Source of the DNA: the human T2T-CHM13v2.0 reference genome, Homo sapiens
DNA length: 64,000 bases
Reading direction: 5' to 3' (one strand)
Assembly: GCF_009914755.1 (NCBI RefSeq)
Contig: NC_060925.1
In this document: positions 27,076-40,559 of the stretch, piece after piece
Numbering within the stretch: the stretch's first letter is position 1
How the letters are laid out: each line of letters begins with the position of its first letter
Program-made: the position numbers and the translations under genes
Notes under the pieces: generated by a model
What the model was told of the DNA's origin: nothing
Database searches by the model: none
The model's input: only the letters and a program-made list of their open reading frames with translations

Positions 27076-28810
27076 CTACAGCAAAGAAAATAAAATTCAG
27101 TAAGTGGCCTATGCAATAACCACAATAACTAATATTAGTATAATACTGTATAATTTCCAAAGCATTTACACAATATTCTTTGATTCTAGTTTCATGCAGA
27201 ACTCATGAGGTCAGCAGGAAAAGAGTTATTTTCAACTCTATTTTATGGATGAGAAAATTGGAAACTGGCTTCCCCCATCAGCTAAGAGAAAATCACTCTC
27301 TCTCTCTTATCCCCATGGCATCTCCTCCATATCTCTATTATGGAACTCATTACATTATCATGTTACTATTTTTACTTCTCTGTCTCATCCTCCATATTGT
27401 ATAATTTTTGTTGGTTAGACGAATAAATGACACAATGAAAGTACCCCTGGACTTTGGCTGGTGGGTCTTTCTGAGATCAAGGAGCATATTCTTTCCCCTT
27501 CAGTAAACCTCAGAAGACATGAACTGGACTGTGAGTCAAGGTTAAAATTGCATCTGTTTCATCTTCATATTCAACATTGAACACAATGCTTGCCATATCG
27601 AAGGTACACACTCTTTTCTTTTTAACTAAATGAATTGACCACTAAAGTGAAAGGTAGCAATGATCAAAAGCATAGGTTTTAGTGTCAAATACACCTGGGC
27701 TAGAAACCTGGCTCACTACTTACTAGCCATAGGGCCTCAGGCAAATTAACCTCTGTAATAATAGTATTTGCCTCACAGAGTAATTATAAGGATTAAATGA
27801 GATAATGTACATAAAGAGTTAGCAGTTCCTGCCATGATAAGCATTCAGTCATCAGTTGCAGTAACCACATGGAAACAAGCACTGCCTTTTAGAGTAGTGA
27901 ATTGAGAAAACTTTGTAATATTCCATACTGATCTAAAACATAATATAATGCAGCTGTCCTAACCCCTAATCTTTAAAAGCACAGAAATAAAAATCTGTCA
28001 ACATATAAATGGCAACAATGGGTCATGGGTTTTCTGAGATAATGCCAAAATATTCTAATCTGTTGTCTCTAAACTTACACTTTCATTCATTAGATCACAT
28101 TCTTTCCATTTTGATTTGGAAAGTGTAACCCCATATGGCATCTTACAATGTGGTCATGAATATGAAATGGTTTTACTTTATTTTCTTTTCTGATAACTTC
28201 CATTTATTAAGGGCCTTCCATATGCTGGGCCCTCTACCAGATGCTTTTGCACACACTGACAGCCTGGCCCACAGCCCCCCATGAGAAAAGCTGACCCAAA
28301 AAAACTTGGCATAAAATCCCTGGGCTCCTGCTCTGTGCTTCAAATAAAGTGGAGTGACTGTAGATACTCAGGAAATGACATTCGTTGCAGCCCTATGTTC
28401 CAGAGTATCTTTGCAAAAAACAAAACAATGAAACAAAACCATTTTGTCAAAGGTAACCTTCACATGTCTTTTTCTTCTAACCTTGAGGACTCTGACCTTG
28501 CCACCTTAATACACTTTCCACACTCCTCTCATTCTTTCCTGTACACTCCCATAACAACTAACAGGACTCTGCTAACTTTTTCAATTATCTATTGATACGC
28601 TCATACACTCCACAAGATTCTGCACTGTTTAAGGGTCAGGATCTACTCATCTTTGCTTTCCCATACCTGGCCCATTAGCTGTGTTTAATAAATGCTTGTT
28701 GAATGCATAAATGAATGAGCAAGTAAATGAAAGCATGAATTGTTCTTCTTTTATTAAATTATAGGACAATAAGGTATGACTTTAAGAACTCAGATACTTC
28801 AACTACCTAC

Positions 28811-28862
28811 CTAATTCTTTGACAGCATCCTGTTTGTTGGTTTCCAAAATTTCACATAGTTT
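28811..28862 (-). CDS. SLC9C2: SLC9C2 exon (52 nt): KLCEILETNKQDAVKEL(V)
   Basis: ttttacag|AAA acceptor; TTAG|gtaggt donor; phase 0 to 1. Confidence 0.9.
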
Positions 28863-28946
28863 CTGTAAAAAATTAAGAAAAACATGTATTTCTTATTATT
28901 CATATAGTTTCTGTAAGAAATTAAGAAAAACATGCATTTCTTCTTA
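28851..28946. repeat. 48-bp tandem duplication (2 copies, 44/48 identical) spanning an intron-exon junction
   Basis: 28851-28898 versus 28899-28946. Confidence 0.95.
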
Positions 28947-28982
28947 TATTCCTGAGAAGCATACTTATTATACCAAGTATAG

Positions 28983-29292
<310 letters not shown>

Positions 29293-32052
29293 TGGCTTTC
29301 CTTTTAAATTCAGAGAAAAGGAAGTATGGTAGAGGACATTTCACCTAGTTTTAGAAAAGCTATTGGCTCATTTCTTCCCTCTGGGTCAATTCTGCTGCTT
29401 TGCCCATGCTCAGACGTCAATCTCAATGAGTCTAGTACAGTCAGTAGCTTGCATAACTACCTTGCCTAATAGTTATCAGAAAAGATCAGTATGTACTCCA
29501 CTGTGCACCAAGGAGAATTCTCATAGCGCCTCATTTGGCAGTGAGCCAAGTGAGCAGCTAGTTGGGAAGCCAGCCTATCAGGAGCACAAAAAGAAGTGGA
29601 AAAATGAGAAAATACGATATTGATTAGTTCATATTTCTAACAAATAACTCCTTAGATAACTGAAGAAATCACTGCACTCCAGGGCTAACCAATCTCTGTT
29701 CAATCAATCATACAACAGGTATTTGTTGGATGCCCACTATGTCCCAGGCACTTTTCCTCTTAAAGCTTACCCTCCAGCTTTGAGTCACTGGGGAGTTTGC
29801 ACTTGGCTACACCAACAGTCCTGGAATCACACAACTGACAGTTCTTTAGGGTTGTCAGGTACAGATGTCTGAAACTCTGCCCCAAATAATGCATGGCATA
29901 GTGCTCTTTATAGGGAACACCTGGTTTGTTATCTAAAGTTTAAGCAAAGTTAAGTTTTTGTGGGGTTTTTTTGTTGTCTTTGTTTTGGTTTAGAAAAAAA
30001 TCGCATGTAATGAATCCCTCATTTTGAATATAAGAATAAGGTATGTAATATTTATTAAATTATTTCTTCTTACTCGATAACATTGCATCAATATTGGGAA
30101 GGTGCCAAATTACTAGCCTGTCCATGGCACCAACATATCCTAGCCCAGCCCTGCTTGCATAGGTGCAAAGAAAGCAGCTAGGCCCCCTTCACACCAAACT
30201 AGACTTACAGCAACCCTGTAAGACTGCTCTAGAACGCCTTTGCACAAAAGCGCATGGGACCTGACTCCTGCCTACAAAGAGAGCATAATCATGAAAGCCT
30301 GGGCATACATTTATTTTTCTTAAGGTGAGCTGCCACAGGCCAATTTCCAGAACCAAGTCAGTTTCAGAATAAACACCAGTTAGACATCTAAACACATCTC
30401 AAAAGGCCATTTAAATCTTTACTGGTGCTTCTTTCAAAATGTCACAGGGGATTCACTTCATCTGTGACACGTCAAGGCAACTGCCCTCAGATCTCTGCAT
30501 CTTCTCCCAAACTCCTGAAAACACATTCTTAACTCCCCCCACTGTCTCTTGTTTTTCTTCTCTCTTCCTCCTTCTGCTGAAATCTTTTCTCCTATGAATA
30601 GCTCTGTGTTCTTTCTAATGCAGATCAATCCAGCCTTTGAGTAGTTCTTTTAATTTTCTTCTCCATTCTTCAAAGTAAAGCAACAGGACAGAATTCTGTT
30701 ACACATTAATGTTCAATCCAATAAAGGTAGATATCTTCACAGCCTCTTTTCCTCTTCTTATTTCAATAAGTAAAGAGCCTCTCTTGACTGAGGTAACGTA
30801 ACCGTCACCACAAAAAATAGGCACCGTAACCAGAAGACATAACCTCTAGGCCATCCATGGTTTTATGTATCCACACATAATCATTGTAGTAATCAGGATT
30901 TAAATCCATCTCCAGTTAAAAATCAAGAGTGTAACTTGGGCTGAGAAAACACCTTTCAGCTGTTGATACTGTTCACCTTAGCCCCTCATTGACACGTATG
31001 AAAATATAACCAAAATCACCAAACATTGGGGGCAAAAACAGAATGAAATATAGAAACCAAACACAATGAATAGGAGAGTGAACCCCAAGGAAGCAGAATT
31101 AACACAGGAAGCAAAATATCTTTTAAGATGAAAAGAAGATTCTAGATAATATTATGTTAATTCTTTTAAAGCAAACAGTTGTTATGAAAAGGAAGCAACC
31201 ACAGTTTTTGGAGATCAAAAAGTAATTGTCAAAAAAAATTAAAAAGTTTAATAGATGGGTTGAACAGAAGAATGAACACAACTAGAAATTTAAAAATCTG
31301 TAACCTGGAAAATCAATTGAAAGATTCTCACTGCAAAGAGCAGAGTTGACAGCTATGAGTGAAAAATAAGGAAGTTTTTTATCTAAAGAATGCGAGTCTC
31401 CTCTACATTATCAGGCCCAAAGAAGCATGAGAATGAGAGAGCAGTCACGTTCCACTTTCCCCACTCTTTTGCGAGTGACTGGTAATAGACAGACTGGTGC
31501 GAGGGAGCCTGGTTAGGAGAGGATTCACTCCACCTCTAGGCTCCCATCTAGTACTTACAGCATAGTGGCTGGAAATGAAGAGGGTCTTAAATGATAAAAA
31601 ATAAATACTTCTACTCACCCACCCCACAGTACCAGGATTTCAACTTTTCACTATCAAATCTTTGTTCTCTTTTCCTCTCTTCCTCTTCACTTAAGACTTA
31701 CCCTTTCTTTGAAGCCTTTTTCAAGTCTCAACTCCTGCATACACCTTTCCAAGTGCCCTGTCTTTTAGAGAGTGTTACAGAGACATACTAGATCTCTTCT
31801 CTATACTCTGCACTCAGAAAAGAGATCATATGTTTTCTGCCATGAAGATAATAAATGAGTTTGATGATAACAGCTGAAATGTAATGATCAGAGACTGTTC
31901 TCTGTAGCACCTCATATGATATAATAAACAACTGAATCCCTTTCAACTGTTGGAATTTGTCTGTTTCGTCAAACACACATAGAACTAGTCTTAAAAGAAG
32001 TTAATACACCTAAGGGGTTTTTCTCCCCAAATGACCAGTGCTTGTTTCTCAC

Positions 32053-32202
32053 CTGATATATTGATTCACAGACAGCTATTTGTTTTATTAGAAGTTTGGC
32101 ATCTTCTTGACTTTTGATATAGCCTTTTGTAATACTATACATCAAGCTGAGGCGCTTTTTGATCTGCACATCTGCAATTCTTATCAGTATTGGTACTATT
32201 AT
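32053..32202 (-). CDS. SLC9C2: SLC9C2 exon (150 nt): IIVPILIRIADVQIKKRLSLMYSITKGYIKSQEDAKLLIKQIAVCESIYQ
   Basis: ttccag|ATA acceptor; CAG|gtgaga donor. Confidence 0.93.
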
Positions 32203-32264
32203 CTGGAATAATGAGAAGAAGAAAAAAAAACCTGTACATTTGATGAGGAAAAGCACCCTCTGAG

Positions 32265-32452
32265 GCAGAAATTCATAAAGTGTCATCTCCAGACCAGCAA
32301 CAGCAGAGCCCACAAACTTGTTAGGAATGCAAAATCTCAGGTCCCACTGGAGACCTGTGGAATCAGACACTCTTGGGTGGGGCCTAGTAGTCGATGTCTT
32401 AGCAAGTCTGCCAGGTGATTCTGTGCCTACAAAAGTCAAGACCCATTCTCTA
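32265..32452. mobile_element. MER5A-like hAT fossil
   Basis: gaccagcaacagc...cttgttaggaatgcaaaatctcagg...ccaggtgattct. Confidence 0.72.
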
Positions 32453-33476
32453 AAGAAGGTGAAGCTTAGTGAATAACTGACTCTTGCTTTAGGGGAAAGT
32501 CTCTAGCACTGCCTTTTCCCTCATTCTCTGTACCCCCAGATTTCAGAAAACCCCTAACCAGGTCTCCTAACCTGGGTCATAGTTACTCACTGAACAAATC
32601 GTCTCTCTGTGCCTCAGTTTCTTCACTTGCAAAATAAAGAACTTAGGGTATCTAAGATCCTGCTTAGTTTTATATTTCTCCAATCATAAGCTAAGGCAGG
32701 CTAGTGTCATGACTTAAGAGAATGGGATTTTAAATATACACCTCTCTAAATTCAAATGCAAGCTCTCCTATTCACCAGCTCTGTGACCTTGAGCAAGTTA
32801 TTTAGTGACTTTGAGGACTCAGTTTCCTCATGTGTAAAATGAGGAAATAATATCTAAATACCAGAATTCCAATAGAGGGGCTCCTCAAAATCCACATCGT
32901 CACTCACACAGACAGGGGGCTTCCCACAGGGTTAAAGTCATGTCAGAGCACAGGGGCAGATGGCGAGGGACTGGGTAACAAGGGAGAAGAAAAAAGTGAA
33001 CCGGGAGATGGCATCATAGTGAAGGAATTCCAAGAGCAGAGAAGGGAATTTTTTTTTTAAGCTGCTATTTTGCCTTTGAAATTTTGGACAAAGGGAGAGA
33101 TGTTTAAAGAGGATTTTTTCAAAGTTACACTCTACAGTGCACTGACACTCCTTGAGCTATCCTTTAGGGCACCTAAAGATTGCCAGTATTCTTTCACGTT
33201 TTCCAATGCAGATTTGTTTTTTTTGAAAGCCACATTATGCTGACAATGGCTATGAGCCACCTAACTTTACATAGTGGTGAAATCTACCTCACAAGGCTAT
33301 CCTATTAATTAAACCAGATAATTTATGTAAAGTGCTTTAAACAGTTCCTGGAAAATAGTGAGTGTTCAATTAAAAACCATGGTAATATACTTCACTGAGA
33401 TTTGTCAGAGCATGCTAGACAGAAGGGATGACTAGTTCAGAACATTGCTGCCCACACTCTAAATGGATTTGGTTTT

Positions 33477-33902
33477 TGTAAAGTCCCTAATTAGGCAAAA
33501 GGAGTCAGGCTGGTGGGATCAGGGGAAAGCAAAAAGAAGCAGCAGATAAGCTGCAAGTCTGCCTTTCTTTATGGCCCAGGACGCATTGCCCTCCTACACA
33601 AATAACTCAAAATCTTGTGCCCAACTACCACCAGACTCCTGCAAGTTAGCTCACTGCAACCATGGCATTAACAGCACAAAGCCCTTTTCAACAGACAGCA
33701 TAAACACTATCCTATAAAATCTCCAGCAAGCCTTTGCTTCTTTGCAGTTGGCTTCTTTCTTGCAGGCTGCCTGTTGTTTCCCTGGCAATGTATTTTTCTA
33801 CTGTCTCTAATAAATAAATATGCCTTTCTTCATCTACAACTGTCTTGGTAAATTCTTTTACTGCGGCGCCGCCAGCCCATAGAGCTGTCACTCCCCGTGA
33901 CA
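33477..33902 (+). mobile_element. Solo LTR, LTR47A-like
   Basis: TG...CA termini; 5-bp TSD gtttt/gtttc; TATAAAA at about 33713; AATAAA at about 33809. Confidence 0.78.
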
Positions 33903-34829
33903 GTTTCCACAATAATACACTTTTAAATCTTTGTTTCATTTTAAATACTTTTCACGAAGTATTACTTCTAAAATAATTATTTTATATTTACCTGCATACG
34001 ATTTCTGTATAAATACTGATTACCTAAAGAAACTCCTACCTTCCATTTTAAGTCTTTGCATCACACAACACATCCTGATTTCTAGGACAGTTTACATGAC
34101 GGTGGAGTTACACCTTACATGAGCACTTTGCTCCAAACTCAGCTCATAAGGCAAAAAGCACATTGAATCAAAATTACCCTTTAAACCAGGTACAGTAACT
34201 CTGAACGGTAATTCTTATGAACACTAAAGTTTGGTCACACCAATGTAGAATAAATGAAGGAACAAAAAAGAAAATCTGTAAGCACAAACTGGATAGTCAA
34301 ACAATTCTGCCTTAAAGATAACTATTAAATGTTGTGGAGAATGGGAAGTAGGTGGAGGAGTCTAATATGTGCATTTCACCATCAGAGTTTATAGCAATTT
34401 TTTTAATGTTAAGTCTCTGTATCTAACTTCAATAAATACTAATATAATAGATTTGCTTGATGTAATAAGAATTAAACAACAACAAACATGGCATGGCAAG
34501 TGAAATCATTTAAAGCCCTGAAGTTAAAAGCTTATGTAATGCAACTCCATTGGAAAGAGAGAAAGGAGGTTTAAGAATTGAAACTGAAAGTATAAAAATC
34601 TGCCTTCAGTATCAAAACCAGAGTCATGGAATGAAGGCATAGTAATTGTTAAGGAAATTGAAGGCCACAGTAAAATTAAATTCCATAGGTAGTATCCTAT
34701 GTGACTGTGGAGCTATGGAGGAAATATTTTTGTTTCTGTACAGTTTGGGAGACATGAACAAATTTTACTGAAACTTAAAGAACTTGTATTTGGGTTACCC
34801 TGCTTCTACTGGCACCAAGATTTTTATTC

Positions 34830-35320
34830 TTTCACTCAACAAATATTTATTAAGTGCTTACTATACGCCAGGCACTGTTCTGGAGGCAGAGGTTACATCA
34901 ATGACCAAAACAGGCCGAGTATGGTGGTTCATGCCTGTAATCCCAGCACTTTGGGAGGCCGAAACAGGAGGATTGCTGGAGCCCAGGAGCTTTAGACCAG
35001 CCTGGACAATAAAGTGAGATCCCATTTCTATTAAAAAATGTAAAAAGAAAGACCAAAACAAAGATCTCTACCTCACAGAGAGTACATACAATATACAGTA
35101 AATTGCTGATAAGTACTGTGGGGCAAAAATTAAAGTTGAGCAGGTAGAGGGTAATCAGGAGGATGAGGTAGAAATTGAGGGTGTGAAGGGTGGGTTGCCA
35201 GTTGACATAGGCTGGTCAGGAGAGGCCTCTGTGACAAGCTGAGATTTGAGCAATGGCTTGAAGGTGACGAGAAAGGGAACCATGCAGATACCTATTGAGA
35301 GGGTGTTCCAGAAGAGACAA
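34830..35320 (+). mobile_element. L2 fragment (antisense-read 3' end) interrupted by an Alu monomer
   Basis: caacaaatatttattaagtgcttactatacgccaggcactgttctgg. Confidence 0.7.
34913..35049 (+). mobile_element. FLAM/AluJ left monomer
   Basis: Monomer with A-rich tail; TSD gaccaaaaca. Confidence 0.88.
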
Positions 35321-35396
35321 CTCCTGCTCTCATTTCTTTCAAAACAATGAGGTTTCTTACTCACTTAACACACAATGTAAAAAAAGAATTTTAATA

Positions 35397-35724
35397 CTTT
35401 ATTTTATTATTATTATTATTTTTTGAGACAGAGTCTGGCTCTGTCACCAGAGCCATCATTGCACTCTGTCTGACTGGAGTGCAATGGCACAATCTCAGCT
35501 CACTGCAGCCTCACCTCCTGGGCTCAAGCGATCCTCCCACCTCAGCCTCCCAAGTAGCTGGGACCACAGGTGCACACCATCATGCCCAGCTAATTTATTA
35601 ATTTTTTGTAGTGATGGGGTCTTGCTATGTTACCCAGGTTGTCTCAAACTTCTGGACTCAAGCAATCCACCCACCTAGGCCTCCCAAAGTGCTGGGATTA
35701 TAGGTGTGAGCTACCACTCCTGGC
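35397..35724 (-). mobile_element. AluJ
   Basis: J diagnostics (ggctcaagcgatcctcccacctcagcc). Confidence 0.92.
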
Positions 35725-35756
35725 AAATCTTAATATTTTAAAATGTGAAATCTTAC

Positions 35757-35945
35757 CTTGAAGAGAGGAAGAAACCTAATTATTCTTAAATATCCCATTA
35801 TTACTGTAAGCTGTATAAGAGCCAAGTTGTCTGGTCTCAATTTCACAAAGTATACACAAAAGATATCAATGATTCCAATAACCAGGATAAAAAATTCCAA
35901 AGTATTCCAACATTGTTGAAAATATTTCCTTTTCAAAATTATTAT
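35757..35945 (-). CDS. SLC9C2: SLC9C2 exon (189 nt), VSD S3-S4: IIILKRKYFQQCWNTLEFFILVIGIIDIFCVYFVKLRPDNLALIQLTVIMGYLRIIRFLPLFK
   Basis: tacag|ATA acceptor; AAG|gtaaga donor; WNxxEF S3 motif and R-x-x-R S4. Confidence 0.94.
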
Positions 35946-36631
35946 CTGTACAGAAAACAAATGTCATTTCATAGCACCTATACAGTAATGTTGGGGGGAA
36001 GAAATCTATAAAATTAACAACTAAGTTCTTAACTACAAATGAGTTATATTCCGAAAGTTGAGCTTTAAGTTATTCATTTGGAATCCCCCCAAAAATTCTT
36101 TAAAATCTTCACCATTTATAATTTGATTTAAAATATATACTCTATAATAAAGCTGGAATGCCAAAAACAACTATTAAAAATAGCAATAAACAGATTCATT
36201 GCAATACTATTAATAATAAAGTATGAAATAGTAATGCTCATAAATCACCTTTTACACATTTATACTAATAATTAACTCACATTTTATGACAAAGACCTAG
36301 CAAACCAATTCTTATTCACTTATTTATTTCTTGCATCATTACACAAAATATTTGAGGGAAACGTCCATGTCTGGATTTTCAATTCTCCTTTACCTGATCC
36401 TTGAGAATCTCTCTACTTTTATGATACTTAACTGATGTCCAATACCATGACTCTTATACTAATTTCACTATTAAACTTGGAAAATTCAAAAAGCTTACTA
36501 AAATTCTAGGATCTCATCAACTATCATAGCAAATGGCTCTTGGTATCAAGTTACTTCAATAATATGACAAAATAGATTCAAAATACCTGAATTGCTCTTT
36601 TTATAGATTCTATTTCTATTTTAAACAGTAC

Positions 36632-36830
36632 CTTCAATGTTGATTCTAATACATATAAAAACATAAAATAGTAGTTTATTGATATCAGTGCTGATACATT
36701 TAAACCTCTTGCCATTGGCCACAGATGTATTATCATAGGATAAATATATATCAAATTTATAATCTGTCCTGTATATTCAAATTCTTCAGAAAATACTATG
36801 TGAAATATAAAAGTCAGAAATGTATTACTC
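36632..36830 (-). CDS. SLC9C2: SLC9C2 exon (199 nt), VSD S1-S2: SNTFLTFIFHIVFSEEFEYTGQIINLIYIYPMIIHLWPMARGLNVSALISINYYFMFLYVLESTLK
   Basis: ttttcag|G acceptor; AAG|gtactg donor; S2-like F-x-x-Y-x-x-E-x-x-x-K pattern. Confidence 0.92.
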
Positions 36831-37977
36831 CTGAAAAGAGATCAAATAAAATGTTAGATCACTTAAAAGTATAATTAGCAGCTGAAGTTCAATATTTGTT
36901 TAAACAAATCATTAAAATTAATTTGAAGACTATACATAATATAAAATAATAGTAAGCAAAAATCAAAAGCATATTTTCTATACATAAAAATCATAATGAA
37001 GAAAGGTAAAAAACATGATTTTTAAAAATCCATATCAGGGATGAGAAGCATTTTTAAAACTCAAGGCCACAGTACCCTGGAAACAATGCAAAGATTCATA
37101 AATAAAAACAAAAAACAAATAAATTTAGAGGAAAACAAATTACACATTGGATTGTTTAAAATCAAGAATGGGAAAAATATGATATTAAATAATTACTATG
37201 ACATATATTTATTAAAACTTTTCATTCCATCTAATGTACAGCATGACAAAAAGAAATTCTTTGGATATATGTCAAGGTCCTACACTTTTGATTTTTTGTA
37301 TATCTCTTTAAACTTATTAAATGGAAAAAAGTAAAAAATATTACTAGAATTTGTTATAAAAGGTTAATGACCTCTTAAAATTTAGCAGCATTAACGCCCT
37401 TGGTATGTTCTTGTTTTGGCATGTTCTATTGGTATAAAAATTATGTCTCTCTGCTCTAAAAAGTATGTAAGCTCACAATTTATAAAACTAAGTAAAATAT
37501 CTACCCCAGTTAAGTAAAATCTGTGTTTTGTGATATTTTGGAAAATTGGTTACAGGTATTATTAAGGCCATGTTGTGTTTTTCCTAATTATAGATCAACA
37601 GAATCACACAATAGAACAGATGAAATTAAACAGAGCTAGATCTAGTCTACCAGTTAGCTATTTCTCACCCCTGCTCTATGTTATATCCAGAAGAATATTA
37701 AGCAGCCCGCAACACACTACAACCCTCAGACACAGCAATTAAAACTTGAAGGATCCAAATATGAACATCCTTTTTCCCTTCCTGACTACTCTCTCATAGA
37801 GATGTCAATGAAGTTGCTAAAATAGAATGGAAGAAGAGAAGCAAGCACCACCCAATCAGTGAAAATAAACCATAATATAGTTTTTCTCAAATAAGGAAAA
37901 TTGAGATAAGCTATTATGACAATGTAGAAATGGTAGTATTTTCAAGTATGTTTCTATTAAAGGTTCACAATACTTAC

Positions 37978-38097
37978 TCAGGTGGAATAAAATGTATCTT
38001 TTCTATACAATATTCCAAGAAAGTTAAAACATTTTTAAACTTTATAAGCCAACTTCTAGTTCTCATATAAGTTGAAACATCATAAATACTCATGAAT
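37978..38097 (-). CDS. SLC9C2: SLC9C2 exon (120 nt): (K)FMSIYDVSTYMRTRSWLIKFKNVLTFLEYCIEKIHFIPP(E)
   Basis: gttag|A acceptor; GA|gtaagt donor; phase 2 to 2. Confidence 0.92.
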
Positions 38098-39089
38098 CTA
38101 ACAGAGAAAAATGTACATATGTGTTATAATAAAAAGCAAGTGCTATACTTTGGGTTAATATAAAAGGGGAAGGTGTACTAAGTATAAATTTAATATGGAC
38201 CCACCAAATAAGCTCAGTCTCATGCCTCTGCATCCATCCACCTATCCATCCATGGTCATGGTACAGGAGTAGTTTTAGCATGAGACTCCTGCTGCCTCTG
38301 TTCCTGACCAGAGGTTGAACATAAGTAAAGCTTCTCTAGACCATTTGGAGTTTGGAATCAAGCTTTCCTTTGTCATGCTGGTCTGGCCCAACCCTCTCCA
38401 AGGCCCTGAAAGCTCTAACTTTCCCAAACTTTATTCCAGGGACTGGTAAAGATCTTCCAAATAGATTACCTGGCTGCTGAAATGTTATCTATCACCCAGC
38501 CAGGATCTCCTATTATTATTGCCCCACAGCTTTGTGTTAGATCATCTATTATCTAATGTTTGCCAGGACTGTAACCAGATATTGTTATATCTCCAAGATA
38601 CTGAGCTTTTCCCACCAGACTTAATTGCACTTGTCAGCACCAGCAGTTGGGTCAATTCTTCCAGAGCCTGCTCCACCCCAGGGAGCAGTCTAATGGCAGC
38701 CTCCAGGCTTCTAAACCTCCTCTGTCTGGTAATTTAAAGTGAAGATAATATAAAGGCAAAATAATTATAATAGTTATTGAGGTTATATAAGTTCCCTTTC
38801 ATGGATTCCCGAGTGTCTTATCTAATTACATGACAGTCCAATCTTTCTCCAGACTCCCCTAATGTCACCAAGGTTATAAAACTTTAGAGGAAAAAAATAA
38901 ACCAATAAAATAAAAAGCAGATGGATAGATGGATGGAAGGACAGACAGATGGACAGACAGAAGATGGATACATACAGATATGTGAAATAATAGATTGATC
39001 AATCAGGACATTTAATTCTCATTTTATTCATTCTTCATCATATAGTCATTCAATTTTGGAAATATCAATTAAAGAAGTGTTATACTTAC

Positions 39090-39187
39090 TTTCCTTGGAT
39101 GGAGTAATAGCATTTTGCTGCACCAATTAATATCCGGGCTGCCTCTATTTCAAGAATTCCATTGTTACGCTGTTTTTCAAAGCTACT
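39090..39187 (-). CDS. SLC9C2: SLC9C2 exon (98 nt): SSFEKQRNNGILEIEAARILIGAAKCYYSIQG(K)
   Basis: tttag|AGT acceptor; AA|gtaagt donor; phase 0 to 2. Confidence 0.92.
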
Positions 39188-39412
39188 CTAAACATACATT
39201 AAATGAAGATTACAAAAGATCAAAACATAAATGGAATGTATTCTTCTTAACCCTTACATAGCCCTCACTATTATTACTGAACTCAATATATCAAAATATG
39301 CCATTACAAAAAATTATGTAGTAGGAAATAAATATCATTCAATGCAAATGTTTACAGAATACTCATTTTTATAAAGTATAGTCCTGAATGTTATGAGATA
39401 AAAAGGGTCTTA

Positions 39413-39715
<303 letters not shown>

Positions 39716-40559
39716 TTATATGTGTGTGTGTATATATATGTGTGTGTATATATATGTATATATATGTATATACACACACACATATATACGCATATTATAT
39801 ATACAACTCAAAGAGTTTACTTCAGTAATATAAATAACATCAGTAGCATCATCTTTCTACAGCAGAATAGAGAGTGCAAAGTATTAATTCTAAGTGTAAC
39901 TAATCATTTCAGCCCCACAAAGAACTATCAAAAGAAAAAGATAGGCTGTATTGTTGTGTCAATCCTCCCCCTAAAATAGCAGAAAAATTATAGCTTCTAC
40001 ATGACACTGACATTACATTCAGAGGTTAGCGTTACCTCCTGGAACTGCTGCCTACATTTCCTCACATACTGACCATACACTTTGCCTATCCATTGTTTAG
40101 AAATGTTGACTCCAACCACTACTGCATTTAACACATTTTCTCAAGTCTTAAAATTTGAGGGATGATAGTCATTTCAGGAAAGGAGAGAATTCACACCACT
40201 TATATCTCAAGACAATTCTCATTCACTCATTAGCTCCTTTTCCAGAAGACAGAAAAATTATCCACCAGTAACAGCTTTGATAAAGGATATGCAAATTCTG
40301 AAACTGCCTTCCAAACGGTATGGGGCAATGGCCAGGCTCTCTCTACTCTGAGGGCTACTGGAGCACTTAGTGGATTTCCCTACGTTGTAAGCCTCCGTGA
40401 TGGCCCTGGTAGGATGTCCACTGTGAGAAAACTATGTCCCAGAAGTTCAGTCCTGAGGCCTACCTCCAGTGTTTACACTTGCAGTTTTTCCGGCCCTGCC
40501 CATCAAGAAGTAGGCCTGGATCAAGAAAATTATGATTTACTAATATGATGGATTGTTTA

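Noticed and set aside
28851-28946. Direct repeats as a CRISPR-like array
   Set aside because: Only two adjacent copies, no spacers, no cas genes, eukaryotic intron
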